Source of the DNA: Octopus bimaculoides
Lineage: Eukaryota
DNA: 64,000 bases
Direction: 5' to 3'
NCBI RefSeq assembly: GCF_001194135.2
Contig: NC_068998.1
Location: 39,216,873 to 39,280,872, forward strand
Shown: in pieces, positions 54,702 to 64,000 of the stretch
How the letters are laid out: every line of letters begins with the position of its first letter
Numbering within the stretch: position 1 is the first letter of the stretch
Notes under the pieces: model-generated
Seen by the model: only the letters and a program-made list of their open reading frames with translations
Database searches by the model: none
What the model was told of the DNA's origin: nothing
Position numbers and translations under genes: made by a program

Positions 54702-54980
54702 TCATGCACTTACTGATATTTTAAATACTTTGTTTGGAAAAACGGATGGCAAGGGGTGATCTTTCGATAGTCCATTAAAATCGACGAAATGCTGGGAACA
54801 CATTTGGCTGTATGTAGTGTAAACAAAGTCTTTCCTCACAAGTCTCGATCTCTGAAGCCAAATACGACGAATAGCTACGTTTGCAGGATATCTATGTAGT
54901 GAAATAACTTTGCCGAACCAGTCAGTACAGTATGTGAGTCGTCTGCGGAAGTTAAAGCAAGTCACTGAGCATGCGTACAT
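54702..54980 (-). CDS. THAP (C2CH zinc-finger) domain ORF, 92 aa; probably the first exon of a truncated transposase
   Basis: C4-x3-C8, LHRYP, W41, C61-S-Q-H64-F65 and P78-S-V-F: the THAP signature residues in correct order; a GTAAGT donor lies inside the last codons (exon would end at 54714). Confidence 0.75.
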   Translation of the reverse strand: MYACSVTCFNFRRRLTYCTDWFGKVISLHRYPANVAIRRIWLQRSRLVRKDFVYTTYSQMCSQHFVDFNGLSKDHPLPSVFPNKVFKISVSA

Positions 54981-55171
54981 GTCATACGGGAGAGTTCCAA
55001 TCAGGGGTGGATAACAACCTTATAGGAACCCCCTATACAAGTTGTCTATTCTATCAACTATACATCTCTTCCTTAAAAAAAAGTTAGTCCTTTATAAATT
55101 ACCAATGTAAAGAATCCTAATTATGAATGGTTATGACCAACCAAAAAATTTATTTCTATTTTACTATACAG

Positions 55172-55375
55172 CAATTTCCAGTTACCCTTGGAAAGAGAGG
55201 CTGTTTTCATCCTGGTGCATCAATTGGTTCAACAAACTCTATCAGTTTAAAAAATGCAAAAGAAGTGACTGGCATCGATATCATCAAAGCAATCAGTAAG
55301 CATGTGTGGCCGAAAGGCAAGTGGAACATCAAAGTGAGGGTTTCAGTTGCCATCCTGTTACTTATCAGTTCCAAG
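55172..55375 (+). CDS. ABCB7: ABCB7 exon (QFPVTLGKRGCFHPG...IIKAISKHVWPKGKWNIKVRVSVAILLLISSK)
   Basis: CAG acceptor, GTAAGA donor, 204 nt; CFHPG and WPK...K.RV.....LL..K are characteristic of the ABCB7/Atm1 N-terminal region. Confidence 0.9.
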
Positions 55376-55963
55376 GTAAGATTTATCATAAGCTCTTTTT
55401 TTTTTTTTTTTTTTGAGAGAAGGAAGGATATTATCCAAAGCTGTTACTTGTCCTCCTTATGGGATGCTTGGGTTAACTGGATTTGGCTAATGAAAGGGAA
55501 AACTTAGGTAATGGGAAAGTTCCGCAGTTGGGGGTCTTGGAAGGAAGAGTTTGGCAACAGGCTGAGTGTTCTGGACAGGTACATTTATATATGTTTGGAA
55601 AGTAAATTTATTAACCACACAGACATGCCTGTGCATCTATGCACACACATACACACACACATATACACACAAACACGCATACATTGCAGTTTATATATCC
55701 TAATTAACATGGATGTTTTATTAGAATGCTGTATTTGCCTTGAGAGATCCTCACATATACACAACTAAAAGTATTTTTATGTTAAACTGTATGAACAAAA
55801 CACTGCTATCATTAGTACCACTATTTAAAATTTGTATGCATGATTGAATACACACTTAGAACATTATAATATTTTTTATGTTTCTGTTATATATATATAT
55901 ATATATATAACAGAAACATAAAAAATATTATAATGTTCTAAGTGTGTATTGTATATATACAAT

Positions 55964-56127
55964 AGGCACGGGAGTGGTTGTGTGGTAAGTAGCTTGCTTA
56001 CCAACCACATGGTTCCGGGTTCAGTCCCGCTGCGTGGCACCTTGGGCAAGTGTCTTCTACTATAGCCTCGGGCCGACCAAAGCCTTGTGAGTGGATTTGG
56101 TAGACGGAAACTGAAAGAAGCCCGTCG

Positions 56128-56130
<3 letters not shown>
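55964..56130 (+). mobile_element. tRNA-derived SINE, family A (near-consensus copy)
   Basis: A box (TGTGTGGTAAG) and B box (GGTTCAGTCCC), body GGCACCTTGGGCAAGTGTCTTCTACTATAGCC, then (TA)n. Related copies at ~15830-15985(-), 23155-23315(-), 24114-24285(+), 40135-40280(-), 41660-41800(-), 61435-61570(-), 62430-62590(-). Confidence 0.85.
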
Positions 56131-56170
<40 letters not shown>

Positions 56171-56961
56171 NNNNNNNNNNNNNNNNNNNNNNNNNNNNNN
56201 NNNNNNNNNNNNNNNNNNNNNNNNNNNNNNNNNNNNNNNNNNNNNNNNNNNNNNNNNNNNNNNNNNNNNNNNNNNNNNNNNNNNNNNNNNNNNNNNNNNN
56301 NNNNNNNNNNNNNNNNNNNNNNNNNNNNNNNNNNNNNNNNNNNNNNNNNNNNNNNNNNNNNNNNNNNNNNNNNNNNNNNNNNGAATACACACTTAGAACA
56401 TTATAATATTTTTTATGTTTCTGTTATATATATATATATATATATAATGTTTATCATCACTTAAACATGGCTGTTCCATAGGAACCAGTGTTACTGCTTT
56501 TTTAACCCCAATAGGCTACCTCCTCCAGCTGGTTATTCAATACGGTCTGTATCTGATATGTATTGCAAGCAGGGAAGTCTCATTAATACATAAATGCATG
56601 AATTTTTTATTTAATTAATTCATGATGTTTACAAGATTTTCAAATATTTGTGATGCTGTTGTATATGTCTGTTTAGTGTGGCAAGCTAACAGAACCGATA
56701 ACATGCTAGGCAAAATGCTTAGCAATATTTCCTCCATCTTAACATCCTGAGTTCAAATTTTACCAAGGTTGACTTAGTCTTTCGTTCTTTATGGGGTTGA
56801 TAAAATAGGTACCAGTTGAGTATTGGGGTCAATGTAATCGACTTACCCACTGCCCTGAACATGCTGGCTCTGTGCCAAAACTTGAAATCATTATATATGT
56901 CTGTTACTTTATGTCCTCTCTATATCAGTCTATAATCCTCCCTCTGTCTTTCTTCCTGCAG

Positions 56962-57091
56962 CTATTGTTGGTCCAAGTACCGTTTCTTTTCAAATACATC
57001 ATTGACCATTTGAATGGCTCAGAGGAATATCTCAGCCTCATTGATGCCCCTTCAACCATTATCACTGTGTCCACATCATTAATTATTGCCT
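56962..57091 (+). CDS. ABCB7: ABCB7 exon (LLLVQVPFLFKYIIDHLNGSEEYLSLIDAPSTIITVSTSLIIA-Y)
   Basis: Pyrimidine tract + CAG acceptor, GTAAGT donor, 130 nt; VPFxFKYxxD motif. Confidence 0.93.
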
Positions 57092-58651
57092 GTAAGTATG
57101 TCAGTTGTCTTCTTGATGTTTCAGCTTCAAATATCTCACTTTCATTTTAGTTTTATATTTTTCTCAATGTACTATGGAATGGTATCGTGCAATGGTTGTG
57201 AACACTTCAGTGTAGTGGTAGTATAGCTCCTTATTTTATGTGGTAGTGGTAGGATTTTTCCTTTGGTGTTGGTGGGCTCTTCTTCGTGATAGTAGTGTTA
57301 GTAGTAGTAATAAGCTTCTTTACAGTGATGTTGGTCATGGTGATGGTATTAGTTGGCGGTGTGTGCTGATGCCATGTAAAATGCACTGGTGCTGGTGCCA
57401 CATAAAAGGCATTTGTGATGCTGCCATATAAAAAGCACTGGTGCTGGTGCCACTTAAAAGCACCTAGTACACTTTGTAAAGTAGTTAGCATTAGGAAAGA
57501 CATCCAGCTGTAGAAACCAAACCAAAACAGACTATAGAACCTGGTGTGGCTCCTGGCCTTGCCAGTTTTGTCAAGCCATCCGGTCCATGCCAGTATGGAA
57601 AACAGATGTCAAATGATGATGATGAAGATGATGATGACGCCATTAATCTGACCTGTCAGAAAGAGAGACTTGAAGTCCATATGTTCTGGTTTCCCTTCTT
57701 TGTAAACTTATTTATAGAATCATGTTATAGTGTCTCTAGAGAGGAAACACTGGAGTGATTTCTTGTTGGTTTTCTTCACACAGGTATGAAGTTTAATATA
57801 TTTAAGAGAAATAATTCAGCTTTGCCTTTCATCCTGCCAGGGTCAATAAAATTTAATGCAAGAAGGTACTAGATATAATTTAATGAACTGATGCATGTCT
57901 CCTAGACTTCTTGAAGCAAGAGACTACAGCCATGAATCCTTCTTGGTGTTGCTTTTGGTGTTGAGTCTCATGGAGGCGATAACAAGTGACCTGAGATTTT
58001 TGACAATTTGCTATGCTTGAAAAGACACATCAAGCTAAGTGAAATCATAGTCGTGGCCTGTGCCAGTGACAAATGAAAGGCGCCTGTGCCAGTGACATGT
58101 AAATGGCACCAGGTACACTCTGTGGAGCGGTTGGTGTCAGGAAGAGCATCCAGCCGTAGAAACCGAGCCAAAACAGGCTGGAGTCTGGTGTAACTCTCTG
58201 GCTTACCAGTTCCAGTCAAATCATCTACCCATGCCAGCATGGAAAACAGATGCTAAATGATGATGATTTACTATAGGATTACTGTATTTCTTCTGTTATG
58301 AGGTGAACTTTCTCAAGGTACTCTGTGGCATTATTTTACCCATATATAAGGTGGCAAGCTGGCAGAATCGTTAGCATGCCGAATGAAATGCTTAGCATTA
58401 TTTCGTCTGCCGTTATGTTCTGAGTTCAAATTCTGCCAAGGTCGACTTTGCCTTTCATCCTTTCAGGGTTGATGAATTAGGTACCAACGAAACATTGGGG
58501 TCAATATAATCGACTTGTCCCTTTGATGATATATAAGTTATATAATTTTATTTATTTCATCCCGTTATCTGCTAGGCAGCTGTTTCTATTAACTGTTTTT
58601 TATTGATTTGTTTCACTTTCAGTCTTTTATAATTGCTTGCTTTCATCATAG

Positions 58652-58838
58652 ATGGTATAGCTCGGGCTGGTGCCAGTGGCTTTAATGAACTCCGCAACGC
58701 TGTCTTTGCCAAAGTATCACACAATTCCATACGAGAAGTTGCTCGCAATGTATTTCTTCATTTACACAATTTGGATCTGAACTTCCATCTCAGTCGCCAG
58801 ACTGGTGCCTTATCTAAAGCCATCGACAGAGGAACCAG
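58652..58838 (+). CDS. ABCB7: ABCB7 exon ([63 protein letters not shown])
   Basis: TAG acceptor, GTAAGT donor, 187 nt; highly conserved ABCB7/Atm1 motifs FNELRNAVF and [19 protein letters not shown]. Confidence 0.97.
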
Positions 58839-59424
58839 GTAAGTGGTAGCTTTCTTTTCCTTAAGAAATAATTTTCTTCATGAATGTATTTAGTTGTACA
58901 TCTTCAGCTTAATTCAAGTAAATTAAGACATAATATATCCTATAAATTATGGTTAGACAGATTATTGTTTAACTCCAATTAGCCCTGATATAGATTAAGG
59001 TTTACCTCTTGTAAACTCCATGGGTTTGATTACAGAATAACCCCAGTCAGCAAAAGAGGAGTGAGAGTGCTGTAAGTTAGTCCCATAAATCCATTTTGGT
59101 CATAGTCTTATGGTGGGGATGGGGGAATACACGCTGGAGTTGTTCCCCATTATCTTCTCCATGCCAACAGATGGCCTTGAATTCAACACTGTTGACATAC
59201 AAAACACTTGTTTATTTTGCAGTGTTTTCATTGTTTAAAGCAAGTTGTTGCTTCTGGTAAATAGTTAATGTATAAGTGGAATGGGAGATATGAGTGTTTT
59301 AGTTACAGACACAATTTGAGTACAAGAGACTAGACATGAATCACTACTCCTTTGGGTGGTTGTCTGCTATTCTGTTGAGCTAGCCACCCCTTTTCCTTTT
59401 ATTGCCACTGCTATATATATATAT

Positions 59425-59800
59425 AATATAATGAATTTATTGTATACAGTGCTCAGGTGCACCACATCTCATCAGAAAATGTTTCCAAAAATTGCATGAA
59501 CAGTACATAAAATATGCACAGGAGGTGAACAGTGAATAAGTCTTTAAAAAAAAGCCGTTTAGTGGGGATCATCAGGTGTATGTTGGCGAATTTCAGGAAG
59601 CACGAAAATTTTGAAGGATGTAGTGACCCGACTGCTAACAACTGATGTAGGAATTTTATTCCATGCTTCAGCAATTCTGAACGTGAAAAAATGTTTCTGA
59701 AGGTCATGGGTGTTGTATTGTTTTTTTGATTTTGTAAGCATGTTCATGAGTATTAGAAATATGGAATTCAAAAAGGTGCCCAAGGCTGGAGTTGGGAAAA
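59425..59800 (-). mobile_element. CR1/L2-clade LINE 3' fragment
   Basis: ORF 59559..59783 contains FFTFRIAEAWNKIPTSVVSS..TTSFK, matching the CR1/L2 C-terminal FFxxRVxxxWNxLPxxVV motif. Confidence 0.7.
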
Positions 59801-60941
59801 TGGTGGATTAGGCATACCACTAACTTAGTACTATTATATCCGTATGCTTCACTTTGTTTAATAATTAAATGTTTGCCATTCAAGTCTCATTTAAGTGGCA
59901 ATGATGTCATCATTTAATGTCCATGTTCCATGCTGGCATTGGTTGGATAGTTTGTCAGGGTCCACTGGGTCCAAGTTCTGCATTGTTCTCCAGTGCCAGC
60001 TTTTGTATGGTTTGTAAGGTTGGATGCTCATCCTGTTGTATCTTAATTTGTTCATACAATAAATAAGATAACCAGACAATAGTAAAAACAATGTAATGAA
60101 CTAACAAAGTGGAGGTGCAATGGCCCAGTGGTTAGGGCAGCAGACACGTAGTCGGAGGATCGTGGTTTTGATTTCCAGACCAGGCGTTGTGTGTGTTTAT
60201 TGAGCGAAAACACCTAAGAGATTGCACCTAGAAAGTTACCCTCCCAGGCACAAGTCCAGACAAGGTTGTTTATGGAAGACCGGTAGTTGCCCATGCATAC
60301 CGGCCTCCCCTCTCCACACCACCAGTGTTAACCAAGAGAAAGGCAAAGGCCGATACAGCTTGGCACCTGTGATGTTGCAACTCATTACTACAGCTGAGTG
60401 AACTGGAGCAACGTGAAATGAAGTGTCTTGCTCAAGAACACAACACACAGACCGGTTCGAGATTCGCACTTACAACCTCATGATTGTAAGCTCGACGCTC
60501 TAACCACTGAGCCATGTGCCTTCAATACCTCAATGATAATAATAATAATCCTTTCTACTATAGGCAGAAGGCTTGAAATTTGGGGGAAGAGGATAGTCAA
60601 TGACATTGACCCAATATTCAACTGGCACTTATTTTATCCACCCCAAAAGAACAAAAGGCAAAGTTGACCTCGGCAGAATTTGAACTCAGAGGGTAAAGAT
60701 GGATGAAATACCTCTAAGCATTTAGCCCAGCATGCTAACAATTCTACCAGCACACTGCCTTAGAAAACAGTGCACATATTGAACCGTAAAAACAATTGAT
60801 CTAACAAAACCATCCTACCCATATTAACTTAAACAAATTGATTTAAACAGAAAAAACACAGAAATCTGGTGGGTCTTTTCCCACAGAAACATCAGCTGTT
60901 GTAATTCTATTCTTGTTTTTTTCTTCTTTTTTTTATTATAG

Positions 60942-61023
60942 AGGCATCAATTTCACATTAACTGCTTTAGTCTTCAATGTGGTACCCACAACCTTTGAAG
61001 TTGCTTTAGTCAGCAGTATTTTG
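60942..61023 (+). CDS. ABCB7: ABCB7 exon (RGINFTLTALVFNVVPTTFEVALVSSIL)
   Basis: Long pyrimidine tract + TAG acceptor, GTAAGT donor, 82 nt; RGIxFxLxAxVFNxxPT motif. Confidence 0.95.
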
Positions 61024-62014
61024 GTAAGTGGCATGTTCTTAAGTTTTCATAAGTTTGGTTTTTAACAACCTTAATTCCATTGGACAACACTTTGGTCAGG
61101 TTTCTTCTGCAATAGCCTTGCATTGAAGAATTCTTTGGAAATGAAATTTGGTTGACAGCTACTGTGTGGAAGCCTGTTTTGTGTGTGTGTATGTAGCTTT
61201 TATCTTTTACTTGTTTCAGTCGTTAGACTATGGCGATGCTGAGGACCCCTTGGAGAATTTTTAGTCAAATGAATCGACTCCAGTACCTTTTTTTTTCAAA
61301 GCCTAGTACTTATTCTGTTGGATTTTTTACCAAACCACATATGTTACAGGGGCATAAACACTCCGACACTGGCTGTCAAGCAGTAGCAAGTGGACAAATG
61401 CAGACACACTTTCACACACACACACACACACACAAACAATGGGCTTCTTTCAGTTTCCATCAAACAAATCCACTTGCAAGGCTTTGGTTGGCTCAAGGCT
61501 TTAGCAGAAGACACTTGCCCAAGGTGTCACGCAGTCATACTGAACCTGGAACCATGTGGTTGGGAAGCAGTTAAGGGGTGTGCTTCACAAACATATGTTT
61601 CTGGATAAAATTCTACTGAATGGTATGTAAGTTGAGGGAGATTTGACTGCTATTTCTAGCAAACCAAGTAACAACCGAGAGGCTCCCTTATTGGCTTGTA
61701 ACAGCAACACCTGATGTATTAACTAATTAAAGATAGCAATAGTGAATGTAAATAAGGCAGTGAGCTGGCAGAATCATTTGCATGCTGGGCAAAATGCTTA
61801 TCAACATTGTCTGTCTTTATATTCTGAGTTCAAATTCAACCTGGTACTACTTTGCTTTTCATCCTTTCAGGGTTGATAATATAAGTACCAGTTAAGCATT
61901 AGGGCTGATGTAATTGACTTACCCCCACCCCACCCAAATTGCTGGCCTTGTGGCAAAATTTGAAACCAAAATTCAATGTAAATATTGAACATGTTTTTTT
62001 CTTCGTTTTTACAG

Positions 62015-62103
62015 AATTACAAATGTGGGGGACAGTTCACTTTAGTCACCTTGGGTTGTATTGGCTCATATGCAGTTTTTACATTTCTGATAACCCAATG
62101 GAG
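62015..62103 (+). CDS. ABCB7: ABCB7 exon ([30 protein letters not shown])
   Basis: CAG acceptor, GTAAGT donor, 89 nt; YKCGxQFxLVTLG...TxWR motif. Confidence 0.95.
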
Positions 62104-63115
62104 GTAAGTTTCACTATCAATCTCTCCATCTTCTGTTTAGTGTTACTTCTAAATGACTTTGTCATTTGGTGATTTCACACCTGATATCTTTTACTTGATT
62201 CAGTCATAAGACTACAGCCATGCTGGAGTACTGTCTTGAAGAACTTTTTGTCAAATAAATCGACTCTAGTATTTATTTATTTTTTGTTAAGCCTGGTACT
62301 TATTCTGTCAGTCTCTTTTTTGCGAAACCACTAAGGTACAGGAACATAAAAACACCAACACTGGTTGTCAAGCATTGGTCAGGGACAAACACACGCACAC
62401 ACACACACACACATACACACACATATATTCGATGGGCTTCTTTCGGTTTCTGTCTACCAAATCCACTCACAAGGCTCTCTTTGGTTGGCCTGAGCCTATA
62501 GTAGAAGACACTTGCCCAAGTTGTCACACAGTGGGACTGAACCCAGAACCATGTGGTTAGAGACCAAGCTTCTTATCACACCACCATGCCTAATATATGT
62601 TGTTTCTCACAATTAAGATGATTGTTAAGATGTTGACTAGACTTATTTTTTCAGTAAAAAAGACAGATTCAATGTTGGCTTACTGGAGAAAATTTGTTTT
62701 GTTCAGATGTAAAATCTGTTCATATAATTCTAGTCTAATATGATTGGATTTCTGCACCAGGTTCTAGTCTAATATGATTGGATTTCTACATCTCGATGCC
62801 CTTTCTAACGCCAACCACTTTACATTGTATGCTGGGTGCTTTTAATGCGGCATGAGCACTTTTACATGGTACCAGCATATTTTATAGTATTTTTATGCAC
62901 ACTTTGACATTTAAGCATTAGAAGGAGCATTTTATTAAATTTTAAAAGCAAACTTTCTTTTGGCTTTGAGTTTAAATGCTTTTCACATTACACATTATTA
63001 CAGCTTGTAAAATATAATTTAGTATATAAAATAAATAATTTTACTGATTGTTTCTAAAGTAAATGTTTATGTATTCTCATAATGGTTTTATGATTTGTTT
63101 CTCTGTTATTTACAG

Positions 63116-63203
63116 AACAAAATTCCGGGTTTTAATGAACAAAGCTGATCAAGAAGCTGGTACAAAAGCTATTGATTCTTTGATTAATTATGAAACTGTC
63201 AAG
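63116..63203 (+). CDS. ABCB7: ABCB7 exon ([30 protein letters not shown]); gene continues beyond the window
   Basis: CAG acceptor, GTAAGA donor, 88 nt; MNKAD..AG..AIDSLxNYETVK motif. Confidence 0.96.
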
Positions 63204-64000
63204 GTAAGAAAACATTTCTCAATGGAGTGATTTGGAGCCTGCAATGACTGAAAAAACAATATTTTAACTATATCAGAGATGTGATGCTATGTGATAGTCA
63301 CTTTGCTATGTAGTTTAGCTTAAGGCCAGTTGTGATAAAACAGTCAAATGAACAAAGGCATTCTTGCTAGGCCCATCCTGTCTTTTTATGGGTGTCTAGG
63401 AATACATTAGCTAAAATGTCCTTTGCTTTTACAAAGCATCAGCATGTGATCTGAAAGAAATTTGACTGTTTTTTTTTTGTGTCTGGTTGAATGATCACAG
63501 AAAAGCTCTCTCATTGGCTTGTATGATGTATGTGTTTTCATATGGTGTGATTTCATAAGTTAGAGAAATAGCCTTACTCTCTCATATTATTTTTATATAT
63601 AGTGTATCTAAGGTTCCATGTCAAATGTGTTCCCTTTTGAGACTGTTAGACTTTGAGAGATATTTGACTGTTATTTCATGCAAATCAAGTGACTAAGTAA
63701 AGAACCCCTTGTCGATAAGTCACAAAGAGAGTAGATGACTAACACTTTATGATGTATGTCTCAGAAGTTTAATCTGCTATAGTAATGGGTTAGAGGGGAA
63801 AAAAATAGCTGAGAATTTACGTTGACTGGAGTGACTATAACATGTCAGATGTATGAAACTGTATTGAAGTGAAAATTAACCTTTATTATTTAAACTGGCC
63901 ATATCTGGCCTAAATATTCTACCTGTTTTGTGTTCAAACTGGCCATAACTGGTTTCTCACACCTACCCTAAAATGTCATTCTTGAAATAAACAACCACAT

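Larger units (their letters stand above)
54186..55026. mobile_element. Internally deleted two-gene DNA transposon remnant (ISL2EU- or Kolobok-like) in an ABCB7 intron
   Basis: Imperfect inverted termini: left CCTATAAGtagGTTATCtCCCtTG (54186-54209) vs reverse complement of right CCTATAAGgttGTTATCcaCCCcTG (55002-55026); encloses convergent SAP-like and THAP frames. Exact ends and TSD not resolved. Confidence 0.6.

Noticed and set aside
55847-56450. Perfect ~104-bp palindrome centred on (TA)n, with its left arm repeated after the gap at 56383
   Set aside because: Exact arms meeting at a TA microsatellite plus an identical copy across an N-gap indicate a fold-back or mis-join in the assembly; long reads would settle it.
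60111-60185. tRNA-like sequence GGAGGTGCAATGGCCCAGTGGTTAGGGCAGCAGAC…
   Set aside because: Degenerate B box and stems, continues into repeat body; a SINE head rather than a tRNA gene. The same applies to heads near 40860 and 60520.

Overview
AT-rich, repeat-dense, gapped draft eukaryotic genomic DNA. The SINE families, (TA)n/(CA)n microsatellites and RTE LINE debris look like a cephalopod, most likely Octopus (inference; no database search was possible). Two spliced genes lie head-to-head. (1) A complete 7-exon uracil phosphoribosyltransferase homolog (UPRT) on the minus strand, CDS 37104->5696, 666 nt = 221 aa + stop, with all intron phases consistent. (2) The 5' part of the mitochondrial ABC transporter ABCB7/ATM1 on the plus strand, probable start 45249, six well-supported exons from 55172 to 63203, continuing past the window end. 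The rest is tRNA-derived SINEs, RTE/CR1/mariner fragments, small fold-back MITEs, microsatellites and N-gaps. The most unusual object is a ~840-bp TIR-bounded segment in an ABCB7 intron (54186-55026) carrying a SAP-domain frame on + and a THAP zinc-finger ORF on -, pointing towards each other; it looks like an internally deleted two-gene DNA transposon. Also notable: a Merlin-like MITE with telomere repeats in its arms (1660-1832) and an unexplained NRF1/ETS promoter with candidate exons at ~1.5-4.4 kb. Most ORFs in the supplied track are artefacts of gaps, microsatellites or SINEs.
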